From positions 13,640,001 to 13,704,000 of the forward strand of contig OX597843.1 of the NCBI GenBank assembly GCA_951406725.2: a stretch of 64,000 nt of DNA. The letters are read 5' to 3'. A program made the translations under genes and the position numbers. The notes under the pieces were generated by a model that was not told where the DNA came from, made no database searches, and worked only from the letters and a program-made list of their open reading frames with translations. Each line of letters begins with the position of its first letter. Position 1 is the stretch's first letter. Positions 51,001-63,954 of the stretch are shown here, piece after piece. Source of the DNA: Octopus vulgaris (lineage: Eukaryota).

Positions 51001-54000
51001 GTATGATTTGAGGGAGATTTGGCTGCTATTTCTACCAGGTCTAGCTACCATGTAGAGGTCTCCCTCATTGGCTCATACATACATATATACATACGTAAGA
51101 GAGTAGGGTGTGATTTGAGGGAGATTTGGCTGCTATTTCTACCAGGTCTAGCTACCATGTAGAGGTCTCCCTCATTGGCTCATACATACATATATACATA
51201 CATAAGAGAGTAGGGTGTGATTTGAGGGAGATTTGGCTGCTATTTCTACCAGATCTAGCTACCATGTAGAGGTCTCCCTCATTGGCTCATACATACATAT
51301 ATACATAGATAAGAGAGTAGGGTGTGATTTGAGGGAGATTTGGCTGCTATTTCTACCAGGTCTAGCTACCATGTAGAGGTCTCCCTCATTGGCTCATACA
51401 TACATATATACATACAAAGAGAGTAGGGTGTTGTTTGAGGGAGATTTGGCTGCTATTTCTAGCAGGTCTAGCTACCATGTAGAGGTCTCCCTCATTGGCT
51501 CATACATACATATATACATACATAAGAGAGTAGGGTGTGATTTGAGGGAGATTTGGCTGCTATTTCTAGCAGGTCTAGCTACCATGTAGAGGTCTCCCTC
51601 ATTGGCTCATACATACATATATACATACATAAGAGAGTAGGGTGTGATTTGAGGGAGATTTGGCTGCTATTTCTAGCAGGTCTAGCTACCATGTAGAGGT
51701 CTCCCTCAATGGCTCATACATACATATTTACATACATAAGAGAGTAGGGTGTGATTTGAGGGAGATTTGGCTGCTATTTCTAGCAGGTCTAGCTACCATG
51801 TAGAGGTCTCCCTCATTGGCTCATACATACATATATACATACATAAGAGAGTAGGGTGTGAGTTGAGGAGATTTGGCTGCTATTTCTACCAGGTCTAGCT
51901 ACCATGTAGAGGTCTCCCTCAATGGCTCATACATACATATATACATACGTAAGAGAGTAGGGTGTGATTTGAGGGAGATTTGGCTGCTATTTCTAGCAGG
52001 TCTAGCTACCATGTAGAGGTCTCCCTCATTGGCTCATACATACATATATACATACATAAGAGAGTAGGGTGTGATTTGAGGGAGATTTGGCTGCTATTTC
52101 TAGCAGGTCTAGCTACCATGTAGAGGTCTCCCTCATTGGCTCATACATACATATATACATACATAAGAGAGTAGGGTGTGATTTGAGGAGATTTGGCTGC
52201 TATTTCTACCAGGTCTAGCTACCATGTAGAGGTCTCCCTCATTGGCTCATACATACATATATACATAGATAAGAGAGTAGGGTGTGATTTGAGGAGATTT
52301 GGCTGCTATTTCTACCAGGTCTAGCTACCATGTAGAGGTCTCCCTCATTGGCTCATACATACATATATACATACATAAGAGAGTAGGGTGTGATTTGAGG
52401 GATATCTGACTGCTATTTCTAGCAGGTCTAGCTACCATGTAGAGGTCTCCCTCATTGGCTCATACATATACATACATAGAGTAGGGTGTGATTTGAGGAG
52501 ATTTGGCTGCTATTTCTACCAGGTCTAGCTACCATGTAGAGGTCTCCCTCATTGGCTCATACATACATATATACATACATAAGAGAGTAGGGTGTGATTT
52601 GAGGGAGATTTGGCTGCTATTTCTACAGATCTAGCTACCATGTAGAGGTCTCCCTCATTGGCTCATACATACATATATACATACATAAGAAGTAGGGTGT
52701 GATTTGAGGGAGATTTGGCTGCTATTTCTACCAGGTCTAGCTACCATGTAGAGGTTTCCCTCATTGGCTCATACATACATATATACATACATAAGAGAGT
52801 AGGGTGTGATTTGAGGGAGATTTGGCTGCTATTTCTACCAGGTCTAGCTACCATGTAGAGGTCTCCCTCATTGGCTACTACATACATATATACATACATA
52901 AGAGAGTAGGGTGTGATTTGAGGGAGATCTGACTGCTATTTCTAGCAGGTCTAGCTACCATGTAGAGGTCTCCCTCATTGGCACATACATACATAAGAGA
53001 GTAGGGTGTGATTTGAGGAGATTTGGCTTCTATTTCTATCAGGTCTAGCTACCATGTAGAGGTCTCCCTCATTGGCTCATACATACATATATACATACAT
53101 AAGAGAGTAGGGTGTGATTTGAGGGAGATTTGGCTGCTATTTCTACCAGGTCTAGCTACCATGTAGAGGTCTCCCTCATTGGCTCATACATACATATATA
53201 CATAGATAAGAGAGTAGGGTGTGATTTGAGGGAGATTTGGCTGCTATTTCTACCAGGTCTAGCTACCATGTAGAGGTCTCCCTCATTGGCTCATACATAC
53301 ATATATACATACAAAGAGAGTTGGGTGTGATTTGAGGGAGATTTGGCTGCTATTTCTACCAGGTCTAGCTACCATGTAGAGGTCTCGCCTATTGGCTCAT
53401 ACATACATATATACATACATAAGAGAGTAGGGTGTGATTTGAGGGAGATTTGGTTGCTATTTCTACCAGGTCTAGCTACCATGTAGAGGTCTCCCTCATT
53501 GGCTCATACATACATATATACATACATAAGAGAGTAGGGTGTGATTTGAGGGAGATCTGACTGCTATTTCTAGCAGGTCTAGCTACCATGTAGAGGTCTC
53601 CCTCATTGGCTCATACATACATATATACATACGTAAGAGAGTAGGGTGTAATTTGAGGGAGATTTGGCTGCTATTTCTACCATGTCTAGCTACCATGTAG
53701 AGGTCTCCCTCAATGGCTCATACATACATATATACATACAAAAGAGAGTAGGGTGTGATTTGAGGGAGATTTGGCTGCTATTTCTACCAGGTCTAGCTAC
53801 CATGTAGAGGTCTCCCTCATTGGCTCATACATACATATATACATACAAAAGAGAGTAGGGTGTGATTTGAGGGAGATTTGGCTGCTATTTCTACCAGGTC
53901 TAGCTACCATGTAGAGGTCTCCCTCATTGGCTCATACATACATATATACATACAAAAGAGAGTAGGGTGTGATTTGAGGGAGATTTGGCTGCTATTTCTA

Positions 54001-55015
54001 CCAGGTCTAGCTACCATGTAGATGTCTCCCTCATTGGCTCATACATACATATATACATACATAAGAGAGTAGGGTGTGATTTGAGGGAGATTTGGCTGCT
54101 ATTTCTACCAGGTCTAGCTACCATGTAGAGGTCTCCCTCATTGGCTCATACATACATATATACATAGATAAGAGAGTAGGGTGTTATTTGAGGGAGATTT
54201 GGCTGCTATTTCTACCAGGTCTAGCTACCATGTAGAGGTCTCCCTCATTGGCTCATACATACATATATACATACATAAGAGAGTAGGGTGTGATTTGAGG
54301 GAGATTTGGCTGCTATTTCTACCAGGTCTAGCTACCATGTAGAGGTCTCCCTCATTGGCTCATACATACATATATACATACATAAAGAGAGTAGGGTGTG
54401 ATTTGAGGGAGATTTGGCTGCTATTTCTACCAGGTCTAGCTACCATGTAGAGGTCTCCCTCATTGGCTCATACATACATATATACATAGATAAGAGAGTA
54501 GGGTGTTATTTGAGGGAGATTTGGCTGCTATTTCTACCAGGTCTAGCTACCATGTAGAGGTCTCCCTCATTGGCTCATACATACATATATACATAGATAA
54601 GAGAGTAGGGTGTGATTTGAGGGAGATCTGGCTGCTATTTCTACCAGGTCTAGCTACCATGTAGAGGTCTCCCTCATTGGCTCATACATACATATATACA
54701 TAGATAAGAGAGTAGGGTGTTATTTGAGGGAGATTTGGCTGCTATTTCTACCAGGTCTAGCTACCATGTAGAGGTCTCCCTCATTGGCTCATACATACAT
54801 ATATACATAGATAAGAGAGTAGGGTGTGATTTGAGGGAGATTTGGCTGCTATTTCTACCAGGTCTAGCTACCATGTAAAGGTCTCCCTCATTGGCTCATA
54901 CATACATATATACATAGATAAGAGAGTAGGGTGTGATTTGAGGGAGATCTGACTGCTATTTCTACCAGGTCTAGCTACCATGTAGAGGTCTCCCTCATTG
55001 GCTCATACATACATA
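45088..55015. repeat. Tandem satellite array, 107-bp unit, about 93 copies
   Basis: Unit GAGAGTAGGGTGTGATTTGAGGGAGATTTGGCTGCTATTTCTACCAGGTCTAGCTACCATGTAGAGGTCTCCCTCATTGGCTCATACATACATATATACATACATAA repeated head-to-tail; copy number estimated from length. Confidence 0.98.
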
Positions 55016-56669
55016 CACTGAACCGCAAAAGAAACATAAGATGTGTGTGACTGGGAAATATGTTTTAATTTCATAATGTCAAGGATAAATTTTGATAAAT
55101 CTGATAAAGTCAATTTCTTGGATGCACTTTGACCACAGTCTATGGGTCCTTGTCGTGTGTTCTGGTAGTGGGTGGATCCAGCACATTGAGATTGTAGGGC
55201 GGGACCTGTTCAATACCGTGTATGCCCTCCCTGTTCAAAATGGCTTTACACACCCTGAGGAAAGCTGCCTCCAATTCCATAAGAATTGTCAGCCTTGGGA
55301 CCACCCGATTCATGATGTCTCTGGATTTCATCCCACAGGTGTTCAACTGGGTTCAAATCCGGGCCGAGAGCCGGCCACGGCATGGTTCTGATATTGTGCT
55401 GATGCAAGTAACCCTGACCATGTGGGAGGGAGTATTGTCCTGCTTGAACATGTGGCTATGGTGATGTGGGAAGAAGAGCACAATGTAAGGTCTTACGATC
55501 TGGTCAATGTAGCACTGTGCTTTTTGGAACACATGGAGCCCAATTCTCTGATTCAGGCCCATAGCACCCCAAACGATGATGCTGTGGCCACCACATGTTC
55601 CTCTCCGTGACATATGTGTCTCTGTAGCATTCACCCCTCCTACACCATACCTAATTCTTTACTACCCACAAGGAGCTAAACACAGAGAGGACAAACAAGG
55701 ACAGGCAAACGGATTAAGTCAATTATATTGACCCCAGTGCGCAACTGGTACTTTTTTAATTGACCCAGAAAAGATGAAAGGAAAAGTCAACCTCGGCGGA
55801 ATTTGAACTCAGAATGTAACGACAGACGAAATATCGCTAAGCATTTTGCCTGGCGCGCTAACGTTTCTACCACCATACCCTCACTCTACCATTCAAGGTG
55901 GGAACACAGTCCCAGCTCTCATCAGAGAAGACTTTCGACCCCCATTGTTGATGCTGCCAGTGTTGGTGCCATGCAGCCCACTGAAGTCATGCCTGGTGGT
56001 GGCGGGCAGTGAGGGCAGGGCTTCGAGCAGGACAATGGCAATGCAGGTTGTTGGTGGCCAGTTGACGTCGTACTGTGTCATCACTGATGGGTCACTGTCC
56101 AGTGTCAATGGTCTCGCGAGCTGTCACACTGGCTGGTGTGAAGTGATCATGGAAGTGTTGCAGGTGGATGAAGTGGTGGTCACCCGGAGGTACCCTCTGT
56201 GGGCATGGTCTACAGTGCTGTTGGTGTTGTTGTATCAGTGTTGCAGGCGATAGATGGTGCTAACATGGAGATTGTAAGCATTCGCAGCAACCAGGTCATG
56301 CTGTCCTGTTTGCAATCGGCCAATAGCTTGTTCTCTCTGTGCTACTGACAGTCGGGTCATTCCTGATGTGTCCAAATTACGAATGCCAAGAATGTGGTTC
56401 AAGATGATTTTTATCCCCATAACCTCCTCAAGATGCACGTGCATTTCGGGTTTCATGACAATTGTTTGCGACTGCCACCCATGGCATTCAACACAGCTGG
56501 GTTTTGGCATCTTGTTTCAGGGAAAGTTGAAAGGTTTCCTGCAATTTGGGTCTCAACCATAAACCAGAATGTCTTGGAATATTTACACTTACATCCCTGA
56601 AATGAATTTTCAGAATTTATCATATAAAAATGACATTTGAAAATATCATGTTTCTTTTGCAGTTCAGTG
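55016..56669 (-). mobile_element. Decayed Tc1-type DNA transposon with both TIRs
   Basis: TIR CACTGAAYCGCAAAAGAAACAT-like (21/22 match), TA on both sides; fragments MTRLSVAQREQAIGRLQ, GGHSIIVWGAM, FKQDNTPSH; SINE inserted at ~55651-55868. Confidence 0.9.
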
Positions 56670-56673
56670 TATA

Positions 56674-56980
56674 TCTTTATATATAAAATTGAAGTTGTGT
56701 GTGTGAGACTCTGTCTCCTCCGATTTAGATTCCTAACTACTCCCACATTTTGCGGTGCAGTTTAACCAAAAGCGGGTATCTTATAGTCGTCATTCATATC
56801 AAGCCCTTCTGGGTATTAGCATGTGTCTACGATGAGTCTACGATTTAAAAAAGAATTTACCATCATTTTTCCGCATTTTCAATGATTTTTGCTCGGGTTA
56901 TATAAGGGAAGTAACTCTCTAAAAATGGTTATATAGTTATTTCCCTTACAAACCCGAGCAATGCCGGGCGATACTGCTAG
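56674..56980 (+). mobile_element. Non-autonomous Helitron, same family as 35343
   Basis: A|TC...hairpin...CTAG|T. Confidence 0.87.
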
Positions 56981-57111
56981 TATGTACAGTGTGATTTGAG
57001 GGGGATTTGGCTGCTATTTCTACCAGGTAATGTGAATGTACTCTAATACCTTATGAACCCTTTATTCATTCTGGCCCTCAAATTGCCAACCCTTGGTTCA
57101 CTGTTACTTAC

Positions 57112-57249
57112 CTCACCAAGAAAATCATTGCTGCTCACTCTATCCCAGTCCCACAGTTTCACTTCAATAACAGTCTTTGGAGGACAGGACAATGGCATGT
57201 TGAACTCGAATGTCTCGTACCAACTGGGGAACCTGGTCTTCTTCTGTGT
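57112..57249 (-). CDS. RASAL1: RasGAP gene exon, C2B: TQKKTRFPSWYETFEF...WDWDRVSSNDFLGE
   Basis: CAG acceptor, GTAAGT donor, 138 nt, phase 0 to 0. Confidence 0.93.
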
Positions 57250-57418
57250 CTGATGTTGGGAGGTGGTGGTGGTGGTGGTGGTGGTGGTTGAAGTTATGGT
57301 GATGAAGTCATGTGTGGAAATGGAGGGGGAGAGGCGGAAAATGAAAGAAAAAAAGAACAAGTAAATTAACAAATATAAAAAAAAAAACAAAGCATTTGTA
57401 ACATCGTTAGTTAAGACA

Positions 57419-57802
57419 TCTTTATATATAAAAGTCAAGTTGTGTGTCTGTCCCCTTCGATTTAGATTCCTAACTACTCCCACATTTTGCGGTACAGTTT
57501 AACCAAAAGCGGGTATCTTATAGTCGTCATTCATATCGAGCCCTTCTGGGTATTAGCGCGCGTCTACGATTTTAAAAATAATTTACCATCATTTTTTCCA
57601 TTTTAATGCATATTTTTTTTAAATATAAGGGAAGTAACTCTCTAAAAATGTCTACGATGAGTCAACGATTTAAAAAAAAATTTACCATAATTTTTTTTCC
57701 ATTTTTAATGCATTTTTTTGCTATTTTTTGGCTATAACTCTCTAAAAATGCTTTATACTTATTTCCCTTACAAACCCGAGCAACGCCGGGCGATACTGCT
57801 AG
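57419..57802 (+). mobile_element. Non-autonomous Helitron, same family, with internal duplication
   Basis: A|TC...CCCGAGCAACGCCGGG...CTAG|T. Confidence 0.87.
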
Positions 57803-57910
57803 TCTTAAATAAAAATATTGAAGACTATAAACTCCATCTTTATATTTACAGTAAGTATATCTACCCTGTGTTTCAGTCAGTTTGGTCTCCAGCCATCATC
57901 ACTCTCTCTC

Positions 57911-58318
57911 TCTTTTACTCTTTTACTTGTTTCAGTCATTTGGCTGCGGCCATGCTGGAGCACCGCCTTTAATCGAGCAAATCGACCCCGGGACTTATTC
58001 TTTTGTAAGCCCAGTACTTATTCTATCGGTCTCTTTTGCCGAACCGCTAAGTGACGGGGACATAAACACACCAGCATCGGTTGTCAAGCAATGCTAGGGG
58101 GACAAACACAGACACACAAACATACACATGCATATATACATATATATACATATAAGACGGGCTTCTTTTCAGTTTCCATCCACCAAATCCACTCACAAGG
58201 CTTTTGTTGGCCTGAGGCTATAGTAGAAGGCACTTGCCCAAGGTGCCACACAGTGGGACTGAACCTGGAACCATGTGGTTGGTAAACAAGCTACTTACCA
58301 CACAGCCACTCCTGCGCC
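57911..58318 (-). mobile_element. SINE family A
   Basis: Reverse-complement copy. Confidence 0.9.
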
Positions 58319-58743
58319 TATAAAAGAATAAAACATCAGGTGTTTTATTCTGAAGGAAATTTGTGCTTTCAGACGAGATTTCATCTCAGGGTCGTTATCA
58401 ATTTTAATTTAGAATTGTTTTTTCTCACAGGTTGAGACTCCTAAGAATCTGTCTCAGAAAACTGATATAAAACCCATTCGAATGTAACATTGGGGTTATT
58501 TACATAAATTCTTTAAATTGCTTCAGCTTTAAAGCTGTGGCCATGCTGGGGCACTGCCACTGAATGAAAGTTTCTCAGATAAACAGAGTGATATGATGGC
58601 CAGAATCTGATTAATGCCACAGAGGAGGGAGATGACAATTGGAGTCTTATGAATCATGATATGTATACACACACACACACATACACACACACACTCACAC
58701 ACACATACAGAAAGGCATAGATAATGTACACATACATATATAA

Positions 58744-59141
58744 GCGTAGGAGTGGCTGTGCGGTAAGTAGCTTGCTTACCAACCACATGGTACCGGGTTC
58801 AGTCCCACTGCGTGGCACCTTGGGCAAGTGTCTTCTACTATAGCCTCGGGCCGACCAAAGCCTTGTGAGTGAATTTGGTGGATGGAAACTGAAAGAAGCA
58901 CATTGTGAATATGTATATATATATATATGTGTGTGTGCGTGTTTGTCCCCCTAGCATTGCTTGACAACCGATGCTGGTGTGTTTATGTCCCCGTCACTTT
59001 GCGGTTCGGCAAAAGAGACCGATAGAATAAGTACTGGGCTTACAAGGAATAAGTCCCGGTGTCGAGTTGCTCGACTAAAGGCGGTGCTCCAGCATGGCCG
59101 CAGTCAAATGACTGAAACAAGTAAAAGAGAAAGTAAAAGAG
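58744..59141 (+). mobile_element. SINE family A
   Basis: Full-length copy. Confidence 0.9.
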
Positions 59142-59218
59142 AAATACATACATACAGTCATGTGTGTGTGTGTGCATGCGTGCGAGGCATTTCTAAGATA
59201 GATATAGGTGTGTCTTAC

Positions 59219-59300
59219 CGATGTGGTTTTACTCTGTTCCAGGAAGGAAACAGTTACAAATGGATCCGAACTCCCAAACATATCCTTTGGTGCCAAATCC
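59219..59300 (-). CDS. RASAL1: RasGAP gene exon, C2B: DLAPKDMFGSSDPFVTVSFLEQSKTTS
   Basis: TTTCAG acceptor, GTAAG donor, 82 nt, phase 2 to 0. Confidence 0.94.
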
Positions 59301-59461
59301 CTGAAATGGAAAGACAGCAACACATGAGAATCATTTGACTGAGTGGAACTGTGTGTGTGTGTGTGTGTATATATGTATGTAACTGTGTATGTATATGTAT
59401 GGGTATCGGTCCTTCTCTCTCTCTCTCCCACTGTGTGTGTGTATATATATATATATATATG

Positions 59462-59783
59462 GGAGCACTCCATCGGTTACGACGACGAGAGTCCCAGCTG
59501 ATACGATCAACGGAACAGCTTGCTCGTGAAATTAACGTGCAAATGGCTGAGCATTCCACAGACACGTGTACCCTTAACATAGTTCGCAAGGAAATTCAGC
59601 GTGACACAAAGTGTGACAAGGCCGGCCCTTTGAAATACAGGTACAACTCATTTTTGCCAGCTGAGTGGACTGGAGCAATGTGAAATAAAGTGTCTTGCTC
59701 AAGGACACAACGCGTCGCCGGGAATCAAACTCACAACCTTACGATCATGAGCCGAATGCCCTAACCACTAAGCCACGCGCCCT

Positions 59784-59785
<2 letters not shown>
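59462..59785 (-). mobile_element. tRNA-derived SINE family D (CORE-like middle)
   Basis: Head GGCGCGTGGCTTAGTGGTTAGGG; TTGAGCAAGACACTTTATTTCAC; same head/middle with other tails at 6570-6895 and 35050-35335. Confidence 0.8.
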
Positions 59786-59820
<35 letters not shown>

Positions 59821-60283
59821 GAAAGGTGGACTCTATGATGCATTTGTGTGAACTGCCATGCTACATGTCAGTGAAACATGGGCCATGACTGCTGAGGACA
59901 TGCATAGGTTTGAAAGAAAGGAAGCTAGTATGATCCGCTGGATGTATGATGTCAGTGTTCATACATGACAGAGTGTGAGCACCCTGAGAGAAAAGTTGGA
60001 CATAAGAAGCATCAGATGTGGTGGTGGTGGTGTTGATGGTGATAATGATGGTAGTGGTGGTGATGGTGGAGGTGTTGTTGTTGGTTGTAGTGATGATGAT
60101 GATGATGATGTCATTGTTGATTATGATGATGATGATGATGATGATGACAAAATGTATAAAAGAAAAACCAAAAAGTGAGAAAACAAGCCCAACTGCCCTG
60201 CACCCCTCATGCTCCCTCCCTCCCTGCCCCTGCCAATTGCCCTGCCCCTGCCAATTGCCCTGCCCCCAGGGGCTTGTTCTCAC

Positions 60284-60419
60284 CTTGCCTCCATCACAGT
60301 CACTCGGAGTGTATTCTCTTGTCTCACAACGTCTCGGATTTTCTCGATCTCGATCAGGATCTCCCCCTGGATTTCAGCAGCTTTGTTCACTTTGGTGAGT
60401 GGCAGCCACATCTCTGTAG
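60284..60419 (-). CDS. RASAL1: RasGAP gene exon, C2A/C2B linker: TEMWLPLTKVNKAAEIQGEILIEI...LRVTVMEAR
   Basis: TTTTAG acceptor, GTGAG donor, 136 nt, phase 1 to 2; W-x-x-L...E-x-QGEI motif. Confidence 0.92.
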
Positions 60420-60609
60420 CTAAAATGAGCAGAAGAGAGTACCAGGTGTAGCAAGGAGTACAACGATAAAAGAGTACAACAGTAAAAGAGGACAACAGTA
60501 AAAGAGTACGTTGGGGGTGTCACAAGAATTTATAAGATCTAAAGAGAATGAGAAATTCTTTTATGGAACTGGATCTCAAAGCACATAAAAGCTATCAATA
60601 AATAATATA

Positions 60610-61022
60610 GGTGCAGGAGTGGCTGTGTGGTAAGTAGCTTGCTAACCAACCACATGGTTCCGGGTTCAGTCCCACTGCGTGGCATCTTGGGCAAGTGTCT
60701 TCTGCTATAGCCCCGGGCCGACCAATGCCTTGTGAGTGGATTTGGTAGACGGAAACTGAAAGAAGCCTGTCGTATATATGTATATATATATATGCATGTG
60801 TGTGTTTGTGTGTCTGTGTTTGTCCCCCTAGCATTGCTTGACAACTGATGCTGGTGTGTTTACGTCCCCGTCACTTAGCGGTTCGGCAAAAAGAGACCGA
60901 TAGAATAAGTACTGGGCTTACAAAAAGAATAAGTCCCGGGGTCAAGTTGCTTGACTAAAGGCGGTGCTCCAGCATGGCTGCAGTCAAATGACTGAAACAA
61001 GTAAAAGAGTAGAAGAGTAAAA
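60610..61022 (+). mobile_element. SINE family A
   Basis: Full-length copy. Confidence 0.9.
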
Positions 61023-61618
61023 GAATAATAATAATCCTTTCTACTAAAGGCACAAGGCCTGAAATTTTTTGGGAAGAGGCTATTCAGTTACATCAATCCC
61101 AATGTTTCACTGGTACTTAATTTATCAACCCCGAAAGGATGAAAGGCAAAGTTGACCTTGGTAGAATTTGAACTCAGAACCTAAAGACAGAGAAAATGCC
61201 ACTAAATATTTCACCAGGTGTGCTAACAATTCTGCCAGCTCACCACCTTCTTTAAAAAGTTGCCAGCAGGTGGCTACGCGAGTCAAGCCTGTATCCCTCC
61301 CTCAGATATTAGCCAAGTGCTCTAACCATTAAGCCAAATGGGCCCCTGAAACCTTAATAATAATGATGATGATGATGATGATGATGATAACCTTTAGGAG
61401 GGACAAACAAGGGTGCCCAATAATCGACGTAGCAGTGCCAGGAGATCAATATATTATCATGAAAGAAAGAGAAAGGTTGACAAATATGGAGAGCTGAGAA
61501 TTGAGATTGCTAAGATGTGAGAGCTACGAACATAAAGGTTATCCCTGTTGTCATCGGAGCATTCGGTTCCATACCAGCCAATCTGAAGAAACATCGGAAA
61601 ACCTTAGAAATACAATAT

Positions 61619-62017
61619 ACTCTTTTACTTGTTTCAGTCATTTGACTGCGGCCATGCTGGAGCACCGCCTTTAATCGAGCAACTCAACCCCGGGACTTAT
61701 TCTTTTGTAAGCCCAGTACTTATTCTATTGGTCTCTTTTGCTGAACCGTTAAGTGACGGGGACATAAACACACCAGCATCGGTTGTCAAGCAATGCTAGG
61801 GGGACAAACACAGACACACAAACATATATATATATATATATATATACATATAGGTGACGGGCTTCTTTCAGTTTCCGTCTACCAAATCCACTCACAAGGC
61901 ATTGGTCGACCCGAGGCTATAGCAGAAGACACTTGCCCAAGATGCCATGCAGTGGGACTGAACCTGGAACCATGTGGTTGGTAAACAAGCTACTTACCAC
62001 ACAGCCACTCCTGCGCC
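61619..62017 (-). mobile_element. SINE family A nested in the Dong-like fragment
   Basis: Reverse-complement copy. Confidence 0.9.
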
Positions 62018-62149
62018 TATAATCTAGATGAATTTCAAAGGGCGGCATTGCTTGAAACTGCAGGCATATTGCATAAAGTACTGACTGTCTGGGGTCCTTG
62101 TTGTGACTTGACAAGCAGTATAAACCCCCGATAGACACAATGTCTTTAA

Positions 62150-62370
62150 CCCTTTTGTTACCATATTTCTGCTGAGATGCTCTGTGTTTCTTTCAATTAC
62201 TTTAAATATAACAAAGAATTTAGTAAAATAACTTAGTTATCATTAAGCTGGTGTTAGGAACATAAATTGTGACTAAGGTTTGGTGGAAGGTTTTAATTCA
62301 GAACTTTTGAAAACAAGACATTAATACTACAGAGCCAGAACCGGTTTTGGCCGGGTTGGTAACGAAAGGG
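62150..62370. mobile_element. piggyBac-type MITE
   Basis: TIR CCCTTTYGTTACCA (13/14), TTAA at 62146-49 and 62371-74; related left end at 9851. Confidence 0.88.
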
Positions 62371-62648
62371 TTAATCAACATCATGATATTGGATACTGTG
62401 CGACGTCTATAATAATGATGATGATGGATTCTGATACATCAAAGATGATGTATGAGTGTCCAGTTTTGGCTAAACAACCTGCACAGATGATCTGTTTAGA
62501 GGGATCAAATGTTTGAGCTGTACATGAGCTCTCTCTGGCCCTTTTGTGCCATTTCTGTTTCTATATACCAAAAGCTTCTTCTTTGAGGGACATTTGGCTG
62601 CTATTAACTGATTTCTGAAGATAAATGTTGAGTATTACAACAGCTTAC

Positions 62649-62710
62649 CTTTCCTTCCGGTTGCTATGGCATCTCTGGAAAGGGTTACTTTTCCAATAAT
62701 ATCATCTTCC
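62649..62710 (-). CDS. RASAL1: RasGAP gene exon, C2A: EDDIIGKVTLSRDAIATGRK
   Basis: CAG acceptor, GTAAG donor, 62 nt, phase 2 to 1; DDxIGKV C2 motif. Confidence 0.92.
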
Positions 62711-62876
62711 CTGTTAGTAAAAGAAAAGATGTGTACATAAACACATACATATACATATATATATATATATATATACACCCACACATACCATCATCAACAT
62801 CGCATATATACATATGCATTCATACATAAGTATAAACATATACTTTTATTTTTATACATACATATATATATATATA

Positions 62877-63421
62877 CATCATCATCATTTAATGTCCATT
62901 TTCCATGCTAGCATGGGTTGGACGGTTCCACCGGGGTCCGGAAAACCAGGAGGCTGCACCAGGCTCCAGTCTGATCTGGCAGTGTTTCTAAAATTGGATG
63001 CCCTTCCTAATGCCAACCACTCCGTGAGTGTAGTGTGTGTATTTTACGTGCCACCGGCACAGGGGCCAGAGGAGTCTGGCAACAGCCACGATCTGTTGGT
63101 GCTTTTTACGTTCCACCGGCACGGACCCCACTCAAGACGGTGCTGGCATCGGCCAGGTACAGATGGTGCTTTTTACTTGCCACTGGCACGGGTATCACAA
63201 CTACAATTTGCATTTGATTTTTATTTTGATGTTGATGTACTTGACTCAATAGGTCTCCTCAAGAACAGCGGGTCACCCTACAATCCAAGGTAAACATAGC
63301 AGGCCATCCTGCTTACTTCATTTGTCGAGTCTTCACAGTCACAACATATCTCCAGAGGTCTCGGTCTTTTGTCATAGCCTCTGTGGGGCCCAATGTTCGA
63401 AGGTCATGCTTCACTACCTCA
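62877..63421 (-). mobile_element. 3' fragment of the RTE family including the ORF end
   Basis: Same 3' UTR; 63320-63420 resembles 24570-24680. Confidence 0.8.
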
Positions 63422-63954
63422 TATATATACATACATGAGATATGCATTGTTGAAGTTTTGTAGTACGCTTATTCCAAGAACACATGCTTAAATCTTATGT
63501 ATCTTGCATGAAAAGTGGATGTATTTGCACTTCCAAAGGGGCTCTGTCCTGTGTTATAAACCCCATTAGGGGGTGGGGTTCAAATAACATTCTAAGATGG
63601 TGAAATTTTGTAAATCGTCTTTATTTGGTACCTAGTAGTTATGTCGTAATTTTCATTGAAATTGGAGGTATTTGAAATTTCCCAGGGGTTGTTTGCCCCC
63701 CTTTAAGCCCCCTAATCGCAATGGAAAGTAAATTTTATGTAGCTCATCCTCTTTCTCATAAAATTTTACATGAGAACACATACTTTGTTTTTATGACTCT
63801 TCTAGTCTCTTTCATCCCATAGACACACAGACACACAGACATTGAGCTTTATTAAATGGATATAACATTTTTGTGCTACGGGAAGAACAGAAGCAGGCAG
63901 CAGCAACTGAAATGTTCTCCTCGAATGGTAGAGTAGAGAAGATGTGTCACTCAC

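Larger units (their letters stand above)
61391..62410 (+). mobile_element. R4/Dong-like fragment interrupted by a SINE and a TTAA MITE
   Basis: IIDVAVPGD...KYGELRIEIAKM...VIPVVIGAFG, resumes after the SINE as NLDEFQRAALLETAGILHKVL; flanked by (TAA)/(TGA) repeats. Confidence 0.78.

Noticed and set aside
45088-55015. CRISPR-like repeat/spacer array
   Set aside because: Spacers are the same TACA microsatellite rather than unique sequences; no cas genes; eukaryotic intron.
60175-60451. Plus-strand ORFs with PCPCQL/PAPANC repeats
   Set aside because: Produced by an 18-bp minisatellite (~60221-60266) and antisense to a genuine exon.
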